A stretch of 63,489 bases of DNA, the filler included, from Anaerolineae bacterium (GTDB taxonomy: Bacteria > Chloroflexota > Anaerolineae > Epilineales > Epilineaceae): assembly GCA_029262755.1 (NCBI GenBank). It is 3 parts of 3 records of this genome, joined end to end, with 100 filler letters (N's around TTAATTAATTAA, not from the genome) between each part and the next. Parts side by side here need not be neighbours in the genome. Positions count along the whole stretch, not along the records: positions 1 to 29,318 come from JAJCYU010000380.1; 2 more parts are not named here. One strand, 5' to 3'. Both the position numbers and the translations under genes were made by a program. Positions 10,057 to 19,512 of this stretch are shown piece by piece (position 1 is the first letter of the stretch; each line of letters starts with the position of its first letter). Below the pieces are notes generated by a model. The model was not told the DNA's origin and made no database searches. It saw only the letters and a program-made list of their open reading frames with translations.

Positions 10057-10941
10057 ATGGATGAACCGAGCATCCGACGCCTGATCTCGCATGTGGCGTC
10101 GACAAACGAGGATGAGTTGGACTGTGAGGCCGCCGAGCCGTGGATGGAAGAGGCGGCGGATGCGTCCACCATACCTACGCGGCTGGCCCATCATCTCCGC
10201 CGCTGCCCGGCATGCGCCGAGATCTTCGCTGCGCTGCGGGCCGCCGTTTCGCTCGAACGATCCGCATCGCTGCCTAGCGTGCACGAACTCTGGCACGACA
10301 TCCGTGCCGCGTGCCGCGAGCCGCAGGCCGTGGACGTCCAGCCCTCTGCAACGGATTCACCGGCACTCGCGCCGGCGCCGCTCTCGGTTGACCTCCCAGC
10401 CCCGACGCCTGCGCCTACCGCTCGTCGTAGGCTGTTTGCGTTCCTAGCCGGTGGCGGTGCGGGTAGCGCCGGACGCCCGCTCGTTCCCGCATTGTTGAGC
10501 CTGATCGTGTTGCTCGGCGCGGCGGGCTGGTGGCAGGCCTGGCGCATGAACGGCCGACTCGCTGGGATGCAAGCCGTGATGGTCGAGGCCGAATCGTTTG
10601 AGGACATGGTCCGATTGGTCAATCGGTCCAGCTTCGGCCAGGCCGATAGCGGTGCCTGGGCACGCATCATCTACCACGATGACCTCGAGCGGGGGATGGT
10701 CTATGCGGGAGCCCTGCCCGTGCTGATGGACGGTCAAGAGATCGCCTGTTGGATGGTCGGTCGGGACGGTAGCAAGGAGCTCGCGTGGCAGGGCGTTCAC
10801 GAAGAATCCGATACCGCGGATCAAAGCTGGTGGCCGGTAACGGTCAGCGGCCCGCTCCGCGACTACGCGACCATGATCATGACGGTCGAACCCACCGGCG
10901 ACGTGCTGGTCGAGGTTCCCTTCACGGATCCGAACAGCTAG
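10057..10941 (+). CDS. Putative zinc-finger (ZAS) transmembrane anti-sigma factor, RskA-like
   Basis: N-terminal C...HLRRCPAC (HxxxCxxC), one hydrophobic helix (LVPALLSLIVLLGAAGWW), then an extracytoplasmic domain ending MTVEP, reminiscent of RskA. Confidence 0.7.
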   Translation: MDEPSIRRLISHVASTNEDELDCEAAEPWMEEAADASTIPTRLAHHLRRCPACAEIFAALRAAVSLERSASLPSVHELWHDIRAACREPQAVDVQPSATDSPALAPAPLSVDLPAPTPAPTARRRLFAFLAGGGAGSAGRPLVPALLSLIVLLGAAGWWQAWRMNGRLAGMQAVMVEAESFEDMVRLVNRSSFGQADSGAWARIIYHDDLERGMVYAGALPVLMDGQEIACWMVGRDGSKELAWQGVHEESDTADQSWWPVTVSGPLRDYATMIMTVEPTGDVLVEVPFTDPNS

Positions 10942-10963
10942 GGCGGGTACTACTCCGCTTGTT

Positions 10964-11893
10964 CTACTCCGCAGCAAGCACATCCCGAACCGCCGGCCAC
11001 ACGTGGGGCGACAACACGTGCCCCATGCCCGCCACCTCGTGTAGGCGCGCGTCGGGAATTCGAGACGCCAACCAACGGGCCATGGCGGGCGTGACGTTCC
11101 GGTCCTCCGCACCCTGCCACATGTGAACGGGTTGGCGTACCTGGGACACGTCGAAATCCCACGGTGTCGCCAGCACATTCATCTCGCGTGCCACCGCGCG
11201 GCTCCCCTGCGCGAAGGCCAGTCCTGCTTCGGCAAGCAACGCGCTCTGCGTTTCTTCGGCGGCCAGCGAGAGGCGATCACGTGCAGCCATGGGGCCGGCC
11301 AAACGCCGGGCGAACTGCTGCGGGTGGCGCTGGAAGCTGCGCTCCTGCGCATCCGCGGCGAAGCGCGCTTGCAACGGAAGGTAGCGTACGAACCACCACG
11401 CGGCGCGCAACATCGGCGCCATACCGTGTCTCGTCTCACGAACGTGGAGGGGGCCCAGCCCGTTGAGGAGCACGACGCAGCGCACGTGGTCAGGCGCGCG
11501 GCATGCGCCGGCGAGCGCGAACGGCGCACCCGCTGAAACGCCGAACAGCGCGGGTTGCGCAAGACCGAGCGCGTCGATAAAGGCGATGAGGTCTTCGGCC
11601 CAGTCGGACAACCGGCGATGCCGGGCCGGGTCCGAGTCCCCGATCCCCGCGCGATCGAAGCTGATCACGCGCAGTCCTTGATCGGGCAAGCGCAGGGGAT
11701 CGCCTGTGCCCAGATGGCGCGAACCGGGCAGGCCGTGGCACACCAGCACCGGGCGACCCGTGGGATCGCCGTGCTCTTCGTAGGCAACGCGCCGCCCGTT
11801 GGGCAGCATGACCACCGAGGGTGCGATCGCGTTCACCTGGTCGTGCCGGTCCACCGCGTCGTGCCTCACGATCGCCCGGCGGCGATCAACCAC
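10964..11893 (-). CDS. Alpha/beta hydrolase
   Basis: HGLPGS, DRAGIGDS, nucleophile elbow GVSAG, WQGAEDRNV, GMGH. Confidence 0.9.
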   Translation of the reverse strand: MVDRRRAIVRHDAVDRHDQVNAIAPSVVMLPNGRRVAYEEHGDPTGRPVLVCHGLPGSRHLGTGDPLRLPDQGLRVISFDRAGIGDSDPARHRRLSDWAEDLIAFIDALGLAQPALFGVSAGAPFALAGACRAPDHVRCVVLLNGLGPLHVRETRHGMAPMLRAAWWFVRYLPLQARFAADAQERSFQRHPQQFARRLAGPMAARDRLSLAAEETQSALLAEAGLAFAQGSRAVAREMNVLATPWDFDVSQVRQPVHMWQGAEDRNVTPAMARWLASRIPDARLHEVAGMGHVLSPHVWPAVRDVLAAE

Positions 11894-11909
11894 CGTCCTA
11901 CGCGCTCGG

Positions 11910-13412
11910 TCACGCGGTATCGGACACCGTTGGGGCGAGCCGGCCGGACGTGCGCCAATCCCCGGCCAAGCGCACCTGGACCATGTTCGTCGAGCCCGGC
12001 CGGCCGATGGGTTGTCCGGAGGTGATCACGATTCGCTCGCCCTCCTTGACCAGCCCCTGGCGCATGGCGCCCTCGACCACGACCTGCACCATGGCGTCGG
12101 TGTCCCCGTATTCGCCGACGAGCACAGGGACGACGCTCCAGACCAACGCCATGCGCCGGCACGTGCGCGGATCCGTTGTTGCGCCGATCAGCGGCGTCCG
12201 CGGCCGATGGACCGCCACCGCGCGCGGCGTGAGCCCGGACGACGTGGCCGCGATGATCGCGCTGGCCGATGCGCGGCGCGCAATCCCGACCGCGGCCGAG
12301 CAGATCGCGGCATCGATCGAACGGCGCGCCCATGCCTCGCCGCGTTGGCCGAGCCGGCCATAGTCCAGATCTTCTTCCGTTGCGCGCGCGATGTCGGCCA
12401 TCATCTGCACCGACTGGACGGGGAAGCGGCCCACCGCCGTCTCGCCCGATAGCATGACCGCGTCCGTGCCGTCGTAGATCGCGTTCGCGACATCCGAGGT
12501 CTCGGCGCGGGTCGGCTTCGCTTCGCGGATCATCGAGTCCAGCATCTGCGTGGCGGTGATGACGGGCTTACCGGCCTCGTTGGCCATGCGGATGATTCGC
12601 TTCTGCTCCGCCGGAACGCGGGCAGCGCCGATCTCGAGAGCCAGATCGCCGCGCGCGACCATCACCCCGTCGGCACACGCGATGATCTCTTCGATGTTGC
12701 GCACGGCTTCCGGGCGCTCGATCTTGGCGATGATCGGCACATCGCCGTCCTCGGCGCCCTCCGCGGCAATAAATGCGCGCAGGGCCTTGACCTGGGATGC
12801 GTCGCTCACAAACGAGAGCGCGATGTAGTCCACGCCCTGCTCGATGCCGAAGCGAACATGATCGAGGTCCTGTTCGGTCGGCGACATGATCGACAACGAC
12901 GAGTCGGGTAGGTTGACGCCCTTGTGCGACGAAAGGGGGCCGCCGTCCACGACCCGCGTGACGATCCGCCCGCCCTTCGTATCGGTCACACGCAGCTCGA
13001 TACGGCCATCGTCGATCAAGATTCGCTCGTTCACGCGCAAGGTCGAGGCCAGGTAGTGCGCGTAGGCGACCGGGCACCGGCTGCTATCGCCCGGCGTCGG
13101 ATCATGATCGAGCGTAAACGTGTCGCCGTCGGCAAGCATCACGTCGTCGCAGACGTCACCGAGCCGGAGCCGTGGACCTTGGAGGTCCTGCATGATCGCG
13201 ACGACGACGTCCTCCGCGTCAGCCGCAGCGCGTACGTTGGCGATCAACTCCGCCTGTTCCGCACGACTTCCGTGCGAAAAGTTCAGCCGGGCGACGCTCA
13301 TGCCCGCGCGTACCAGAGCCCGAATGGTCGGTACGTCCCGTGTCACGGGGCCGAGGGTGGCCACGATCTTCGTGCGAACGAGGCCTTGCGAAGTAACGAG
13401 CTGCGTCGTCAT
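11910..13412 (-). CDS. pyk: Pyruvate kinase
   Basis: RTKIVATLGP, ARLNFSHG, DLQGP, KGVNLP, IIAKIE, MVARGDL, ATQMLDSM, DAVMLSGETA. Confidence 0.98.
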   Translation of the reverse strand: MTTQLVTSQGLVRTKIVATLGPVTRDVPTIRALVRAGMSVARLNFSHGSRAEQAELIANVRAAADAEDVVVAIMQDLQGPRLRLGDVCDDVMLADGDTFTLDHDPTPGDSSRCPVAYAHYLASTLRVNERILIDDGRIELRVTDTKGGRIVTRVVDGGPLSSHKGVNLPDSSLSIMSPTEQDLDHVRFGIEQGVDYIALSFVSDASQVKALRAFIAAEGAEDGDVPIIAKIERPEAVRNIEEIIACADGVMVARGDLALEIGAARVPAEQKRIIRMANEAGKPVITATQMLDSMIREAKPTRAETSDVANAIYDGTDAVMLSGETAVGRFPVQSVQMMADIARATEEDLDYGRLGQRGEAWARRSIDAAICSAAVGIARRASASAIIAATSSGLTPRAVAVHRPRTPLIGATTDPRTCRRMALVWSVVPVLVGEYGDTDAMVQVVVEGAMRQGLVKEGERIVITSGQPIGRPGSTNMVQVRLAGDWRTSGRLAPTVSDTA

Positions 13413-13539
13413 GGTGGGCTCCAACCGACGGGAGAGACCTTGCTCAAGCAGGGTCCTGTTCTTGTTCTGGGTCAGGGTCTAGTGGGGTCGAGCAGAGATA
13501 TAGAGGGGTAGCGCTTCGGGTCGGCGTGCGGACGTTCTT

Positions 13540-13970
13540 GGTGCTTATTTATCCTTCCACATCTCTTCGCATGAATAAGTATAGGAGTTCGTAGTTGCAG
13601 TAGGGGCTGTGGATTGTGGACAACGGCGGGCCGAATACGAACGCCCCCCATCATCTAGGTGCCCGATTCGCGCCTGACACCGAATGTCGTAGGGTCGGCC
13701 GACCGGCTGTCGGCGCCCGGTTGGGGAGAGATCCGGGAGGGCTGTGGACGGAAAAAATGGGGGTCAATACACCCATGCCCGGGGGATGAAACCAGACAGT
13801 GGAATATGTCGTGGTCGGGACCCGCGAAGACCCGATATTTGGTGGTTCGGTGGGCTAAAACGCCATGAACGAATTGATGAAGGTTATCCCCAATCCTGCA
13901 CCCTTATCCCCACAATACCCACAGTTATCCACAGAACCGGTGTAAAACAGGCGAACATATGTTCGGTATA
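13540..13970. other. oriC: Chromosomal replication origin oriC
   Basis: AT-richer intergenic region directly downstream of dnaA. Perfect DnaA box TTATCCACA at 13925-13933; TTATCCCCA at 13884-13892 and 13904-13912; ATACCCACA at 13915-13923; tandem boxes TGTGGAT/TGTGGACAA at 13608-13623 next to GGGC and trio-like TAG TTG CAG TAG at 13592-13603. Gene orientation switches at this locus. Confidence 0.88.
13952..13965. promoter_or_regulatory. LexA (SOS) box-like palindrome inside the oriC region
   Basis: CGAACATATGTTCG is a perfect palindrome matching the GAAC-N4-GTTC LexA consensus of Firmicutes, Actinobacteria and Chloroflexota. Confidence 0.7.
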
Positions 13971-14050
13971 CAACAGGTAAACACCGCGGCTGGGCCGGTC
14001 CTGCGCCGCGTGTCCTTCATCGCTTGGAACTGGGTTTCTAGGGACCGCAA

Positions 14051-15496
14051 TCAACGAACGTACAGAGACTCTCGAATCTGCATGATATCGCGTCGTAGTT
14101 GCGCATCGCGCTCGACGAGCCGGCTGATCTTTTCGTTGCCGTGCAGGATCGTCGTGTGATCGCGGTTGCCGAGCGCGTTGCCGATCACCGGATAGCTGGA
14201 GTCGGTCTCCTCGCGCATCAGGAACATCACGACCTGGCGCGGCTCCGAGATCCGTGCCGCACGGCCGCGGCCGCGTAGCTCCTCCTCGGACACGTCGTAG
14301 TACGTCGCGACGGCGCTGATGATCCGATCGAGGGTCGGCGGCTCGCGGCGGAGCATGAGGTCGGACAACGCGCGTTCGGCGGTCTCGACGTTCATCGGCA
14401 GCGAGTGGGAGTGCGCATAGGCGATGACGCGGTTGAGCGCGCCTTCCAACTCGCGGACGTTCTGTTGCACCGCCTGCGCGACGAGCTCGAGCACGGTGTC
14501 CGACACGCGGCCGCCCTGCCGCTCGTTCTTGGCGCGCAAGATCGCGATGCGGGTCTCTAGGTCGGGGGGCTCGACGTCGACCTGCAGGCCCCATTGGAAG
14601 CGCGAGCGCAACCGGTCCTCCAGTGTCGAGATCGATTGGGGCGGGCGATCGCTGGTCAAAACGATTTGGCCATCCGCTCCGTGGATCGCGTTGAAGGTGT
14701 GGAAGAACTCCTCCTGGGTGCTCTCCTTGCCCGCGATAAAGTGGATGTCGTCGATCAGCAGCATGTCCGCCGCACGATAGACGCCCCGAAACTCCTCGGT
14801 GCTCTGGGTTCGGATGGCGTTGATCAGGTCGTTGGTGAATTTCTCCGACGAGAGCGCGAGCACGCTGAGCCCGCGTGAAACGGCCGCGTGGCCGATCGCG
14901 TGGAGCAAGTGCGTCTTGCCGAGCCCGACGCCGCCGTAAATGAACAGTGGGTTGTAGCGCTGCGCCGGAAACTCGGCCACCGCCTGTGCGGCCGCGTGGG
15001 CGAGTCGGTTCCCGCCGCCCACGACGAAGGTGTCGAATGTATAGCGTGGGTTGATCGCCGGGCCGCCCGGCACGCCGAAGCGCTGCGGCGGTGCGCTCGG
15101 CAGGCTCTGCTGCTGGAAGCCTCCGCGCCCCGCGTTCTTCGCGGTTTTTTTCGCGCCGGCTTCGTTGCCGGAGGCTCCACGGTCGCCCGTGTTGGTGTAC
15201 GTTGGGTTCATGATCGCGGGTGGGGGAGGGGCGGCTGCCAGCTCTTGCACCAGGAATACGCAGCGTACGGGCGCGCCGAACACGGCGGCCAGCGCCTTGT
15301 TGAGCGCATCGCCCAGCCGGCTGACCAGCCAATCACGCGCCCTATCGCTGGGGACCGACACGATCAACGTGTCTTCATCGAGGGTCAGCGCGTGCGTCGG
15401 CTCAAGCCAGGCGTCGTAGGTTGCGCGGGTCAACTGCTGGCGAAGATCGTCGAGGGCCGTCTGCCACAGGTTCGTTGCCGTGATGGTCTGGCTCAT
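14051..15496 (-). CDS. dnaA: Chromosomal replication initiator DnaA
   Basis: YTFDTFVVG..N, YNPLFIYGGVGLGKTHL (Walker A), LLIDDIHF (Walker B), QEEFFHTFN, RLRSRF.WGL, RDHTTILHG domain IV. Confidence 0.98.
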   Translation of the reverse strand: MSQTITATNLWQTALDDLRQQLTRATYDAWLEPTHALTLDEDTLIVSVPSDRARDWLVSRLGDALNKALAAVFGAPVRCVFLVQELAAAPPPPAIMNPTYTNTGDRGASGNEAGAKKTAKNAGRGGFQQQSLPSAPPQRFGVPGGPAINPRYTFDTFVVGGGNRLAHAAAQAVAEFPAQRYNPLFIYGGVGLGKTHLLHAIGHAAVSRGLSVLALSSEKFTNDLINAIRTQSTEEFRGVYRAADMLLIDDIHFIAGKESTQEEFFHTFNAIHGADGQIVLTSDRPPQSISTLEDRLRSRFQWGLQVDVEPPDLETRIAILRAKNERQGGRVSDTVLELVAQAVQQNVRELEGALNRVIAYAHSHSLPMNVETAERALSDLMLRREPPTLDRIISAVATYYDVSEEELRGRGRAARISEPRQVVMFLMREETDSSYPVIGNALGNRDHTTILHGNEKISRLVERDAQLRRDIMQIRESLYVR

Positions 15497-15872
15497 GGTG
15501 CCTCGATTTTGCTACGTGCACCCGAGAAGGGTTCGAAAAAATTGGCGCAACAAGACACAACCAGCGGCGCGCTCCCAAACAGTGGGACGGCGAACCGCGG
15601 CAAGGCCATCGGCCGTTCCTCGACATTCTCGGTTGAAGGATGGTGCGGGCGGAGACAGTGCTGCAGGGCACGCGGCCAAGGCATGAGCCAGCGGGCGATC
15701 CCCTTGTGGAGCTCTCTTCCGGCACGAAAGAGCCCATCGTTCACGTAGGTCGGGCGGAGACCCAGATCTTCGGTGAGTCTCCCCCGAGGCGCCCATCCAA
15801 ACCCCGGTTGTGGCAGCGACGAGGCGATTCTAATCGGGCGCTAAGAGGGCGGCAAGAGGCCTGTTTTTGCCA

Positions 15873-15899
15873 ATAGTATCGAACACGTGTTCTATACAA
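15873..15899 (-). promoter_or_regulatory. Putative dnaA promoter with a LexA box between the -35 and -10 elements
   Basis: Minus strand reads TTGTAT-AGAACACGTGTTCGA-TACTAT. The box CGAACACGTGTTCT is at 15880-15893. The spacer is short (15 bp), so the promoter call is less certain than the box. Confidence 0.6.
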
Positions 15900-16113
15900 T
15901 ATGTAGCGGTCGAGACGGGATTCAACCCCCTCCATGTCGTAGGTCGCGCAGACTCGGTTGGGAGCGCCAAAACCCGTCCAAAACTTTAAGCAAAATCGCG
16001 CAAACGCGATTCACGCAGTGATTGCGCGACGCGCACCCCTTCTTATAATGTCGCGTCGACCCCGCCCCGGTCTTGGACCGGGGTCCCTTGTTGCAACAGC
16101 AGGAGGTGCCAGC

Positions 16114-17154
16114 ATGACAACACGGGACCAGGGCGAGGTGATGATCGAAGTCGATCAGCTCACTCGCCTCTATGGTCCGGCGCCCGCGCTACAGGATGTC
16201 TCGTTCCGCGCTCACCGTGGCGAGATCGTAGGCTTCCTAGGGCCGAATGGCGCCGGCAAGACCACCACGATGCGTATCCTCACCGGCTATCTGCCGCCGA
16301 CGAGCGGTCGCGCTTCGATCGCGGGACACGATGTGGTCGAGGACTCCATGGCCGCGCGACGCAACGTCGGATACCTACCCGAATCCACCCCGCTCTATCC
16401 CGAGATGACGGTTTGGAGCTACCTGGAATTCATGGCCCGACTGCGTGGTGTCGCTGACCGCGACAACGCGATCGAGCGGGCCATGGAGCGCGTCGACCTG
16501 AACGATCGAGCCCACCAGCAAATCGGGCGCCTGTCGAAGGGCCTCCGCCAGCGGGTGGGTATCGCGCAGGCGGTGTTGCACGATCCGCCCGTGATCATCC
16601 TCGACGAGCCGACGATCGGTCTCGATCCGCGGCAGATCCGCGAGGTGCGCGCGCTCATCCAAGAGCTGCGCGGCGACCACACGGTCATCCTGTCGACCCA
16701 CATCCTGCCCGAAGCCCAACAGGTCTGCGATCGTGTATTGATCATCCATCGCGGACAGATCGTGGCGGAGGACGCGCCGGGCAAGCTGACGTCGCAACTA
16801 CCCGGTGGGCAGCGCGTGCGCCTCTCGCTCGGGCAAGGCGCCAACGGCGTCGCGAGCGTGATCGATGGCGTGGCCGGTGTGAAGGGCGTCCGCGACGAGG
16901 GCGGTGGAGCCTACACGATCGAGCTCGAAACAGGAGCCGATCCCCGTGCCGAGATCGCGCGTGCGGTCGTGCAGAACGACTGGCACATACTCGAGCTCAC
17001 ACCACAAGGGATGAGCTTGGAAGACGTCTTCCTAGAACTCACCCGCGAGGATCTGGAACGAGACCCCGCCGCGGCCTTCGACGATGCAGACGAGTTCGAA
17101 GACGCAGACGGTAACGAGGACGAGTACGAGGAGGAGGGGGAGCTCGATGAGTAA
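16114..17154 (+). CDS. ABC transporter ATP-binding protein (GldA-like)
   Basis: AGGAGG RBS, GPNGAGKTT, LSKGLRQRVG, ILDEPTIGLDP, STHIL, acidic C-terminal tail. Confidence 0.93.
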   Translation: MTTRDQGEVMIEVDQLTRLYGPAPALQDVSFRAHRGEIVGFLGPNGAGKTTTMRILTGYLPPTSGRASIAGHDVVEDSMAARRNVGYLPESTPLYPEMTVWSYLEFMARLRGVADRDNAIERAMERVDLNDRAHQQIGRLSKGLRQRVGIAQAVLHDPPVIILDEPTIGLDPRQIREVRALIQELRGDHTVILSTHILPEAQQVCDRVLIIHRGQIVAEDAPGKLTSQLPGGQRVRLSLGQGANGVASVIDGVAGVKGVRDEGGGAYTIELETGADPRAEIARAVVQNDWHILELTPQGMSLEDVFLELTREDLERDPAAAFDDADEFEDADGNEDEYEEEGELDE

Positions 17155-17872
17155 CTTGCTCACGATCACCCGCCGCGAGATCGGGGCCTTTTTCGGCTCC
17201 CCGGTCTTCTGGGTGTTGGCCACGGCCTTCATGGTGTTCAGCGGCTTCGTATTTTCGATCATCATCACCCGACCCGGTGCGCAGGCCGACATGCTGCCGC
17301 TGCTCGGGCTTTACGGCACGGTACTGCTGTTCGTGGCGCCGCTGATGTCGATGCGGCTATTGAGCGAAGAGCAGCGCTCGGGCACGCTCGAGTTGCTGAT
17401 GACCTCGCCGATCGACGATTGGCAGGTCGTTTGGGGCAAGTGGCTCGGCGCCTTCGTCATGCTCAGCGTCATCGTCGCGCTTACCTTGTTCCACGTCGCG
17501 GTAATGCTGCGCCTGGCCACGGAGGGCATGGATCTTGGCCCGCTGGCCGCGAGCTACCTCGGCCTCTTGTTGCTGGGCGCCGCCCTGTTGGCCATCGGGG
17601 TGCTGACGTCTTCGATGACGCAGAACCAGGTCGTGGCCGGCTTCCTCGCGGTGATGACCGTGCTGATCTTATGGTTCCTACCGCTCGGTAAGGACCTCCT
17701 CGGAAGCGAAAGCGCGGTTGGCGCAACGCTGGCCTATATGGGCTTGTCGGACCACTACTTCAACTTCGGGCAGGGCCTCATCGATTCGCGGGACGTGTTG
17801 TACATGGTCTCTGTGGTCGTGGGCTCGCTCTTCCTGGCTACACGAATTCTCGAGTCACGGAGGTGGCGATAA
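17147..17872 (+). CDS. ABC-2 type permease (GldF-like)
   Basis: MRLLSEEQRSGTLELLMTSP...GKW, TQNQVVA, multiple TM segments, overlaps the upstream ATPase. Confidence 0.9.
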   Translation: MSNLLTITRREIGAFFGSPVFWVLATAFMVFSGFVFSIIITRPGAQADMLPLLGLYGTVLLFVAPLMSMRLLSEEQRSGTLELLMTSPIDDWQVVWGKWLGAFVMLSVIVALTLFHVAVMLRLATEGMDLGPLAASYLGLLLLGAALLAIGVLTSSMTQNQVVAGFLAVMTVLILWFLPLGKDLLGSESAVGATLAYMGLSDHYFNFGQGLIDSRDVLYMVSVVVGSLFLATRILESRRWR

Positions 17873-19509
17873 TGCGCGAGCGAATCGGTGCGATCGCGCC
17901 CTACCTGGCCGTCTTCGGCCTAATCCTGGCCGTAGGTTCGTTCCTTATTCCCCCTGTCGACGGCATGACGTGGCTGCCGACGGCGCTACAGGCGGCCGGC
18001 GGCGCCATGATCCTGGCCTGGCCCTTTCTCCAGCCGGACGTCTTCCGTGACATGCTCGGCGCGCGACAAGCCCGCTTCGGCGGCAACGCTGTCTTGCTCA
18101 CGATCGCGGTGCTCGGTGTTGTCGGCGTGATCAACTACCTCGGCACGCTGCGCTACGCACGCCTGGACGTGACGGAAGGCCAGCGCTTCTCGATCTCGAA
18201 CCAGACCCGCCAGATCCTCGACGATCTGTCCGACCGGGGCGACGACATTCGGCTCACAGCGATCGTGACCAACGGCAGCAGTGAGGCGACCGATCTCGTC
18301 CCGCTGGTGGAGCAGTACACGGGTGAGGCGGGCAACATCTCCTTCGACATGGTCGATCCCGACCTCGATCGACTGCAGCTGCTCGCCATCCAGCAACGAA
18401 CCGGGGATCCGCCACCGAGGCGTGGCCTTCTTGCCGAAATGAACCCGCCCGCGATCAATCCAGAGACCGGTGAGCCCGAAGCGAGCCAAGACTACCGCAA
18501 TGAGGTCGTCTATAGCTTCGATGAGCAGGCGATCACCGAGGCGCTCGTCAAGCTGACACGCACCGAGCCGAGCGTTGTCGGATTCGTGATCGGTCACGGG
18601 GAGATGGGCACGGATCCCGATAGTGAAGGCCGTTCCCTCTCGGCCGTCGCACAGCAACTCGAACGACTGAGCTACCAGATCGAGCCGGTGAACCTGAGCA
18701 CCGTCACCGAGACCTTGGATGCCGATGTACTCGTGGTCGCGGGTGCGCAACGCTCATACACGGACGCCGAACTGCAAGCATTGCAGACCTATGTAGAGGG
18801 TGGCGGCGCGGTGTTGTTGCTGCTCGACGGCCAGGGCGAAGCGCGGTTCGACGCACTGTTGGCTCCCAGCGGCGTGCGCGTCCGCGACGACGACGTGTTG
18901 GATCCACTGCGTAGCTACCAAGGTGTCGCCAACCTGCCTGTCATCGCAGAGGACGGCTACCTCTTCCACGAGATCACACGCGACCTCGAGCAAGAGGGGC
19001 TCAACCTGATCTTCTTCAATGCGGCGTCGCTCGATGTGGGCGATAGCCTGCTCGAGTCCGTGTCCGCCACGCCCTTGCTGCAGACGAGCGAGGAGGCTTG
19101 GGGCGAGACCGGACTCGCCACCTTGGCACCCGATGCCCAACCATCGAAAGATCCCGACGAAGCCGTCGGGCCGCTCTCGCTCGCCGTGGCCATCGAGGGT
19201 GCGGATGCAGTCGAGGGAGAGGGCGGTGGCGCGAGTTCCTACGGCCGCATCGTCGTAATCTCCGGCGCCGAGATGGCGAGCGATGCCTTCATCGAGCGCT
19301 TCCAGTGGCCCTACAATCCGCTGCTCGTTCTCAACAGCATCAACTGGTTGACCCAGGATGAGGCGTTGATCGGCATCCCGGCCGTGGCGCAGGACGAGCG
19401 CCCGCTCGAGGCGCCGCAGAATCCGTGGCTGCTCATCCTCTCCACCGCCCTGCTGATGCCCGCTGTAGTCGCCGGACTCGGCTTCTACGTCTTCTGGAGC
19501 CGGAGGTAG
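17872..19509 (+). CDS. GldG-family ABC transporter auxiliary protein
   Basis: N-terminal TM helices, LDVTEGQRFSIS..T, VDPD, GHGE, N...LNSINWL, C-terminal TM ending WSRR. TAATG overlap with the permease. Confidence 0.85.
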   Translation: MRERIGAIAPYLAVFGLILAVGSFLIPPVDGMTWLPTALQAAGGAMILAWPFLQPDVFRDMLGARQARFGGNAVLLTIAVLGVVGVINYLGTLRYARLDVTEGQRFSISNQTRQILDDLSDRGDDIRLTAIVTNGSSEATDLVPLVEQYTGEAGNISFDMVDPDLDRLQLLAIQQRTGDPPPRRGLLAEMNPPAINPETGEPEASQDYRNEVVYSFDEQAITEALVKLTRTEPSVVGFVIGHGEMGTDPDSEGRSLSAVAQQLERLSYQIEPVNLSTVTETLDADVLVVAGAQRSYTDAELQALQTYVEGGGAVLLLLDGQGEARFDALLAPSGVRVRDDDVLDPLRSYQGVANLPVIAEDGYLFHEITRDLEQEGLNLIFFNAASLDVGDSLLESVSATPLLQTSEEAWGETGLATLAPDAQPSKDPDEAVGPLSLAVAIEGADAVEGEGGGASSYGRIVVISGAEMASDAFIERFQWPYNPLLVLNSINWLTQDEALIGIPAVAQDERPLEAPQNPWLLILSTALLMPAVVAGLGFYVFWSRR

Positions 19510-19512
19510 GCC

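Noticed and set aside
13472..13980. Small ORFs between pyk and dnaA
   Set aside because: They overlap DnaA boxes and trios and show no protein-like motifs; the region is better explained as oriC.
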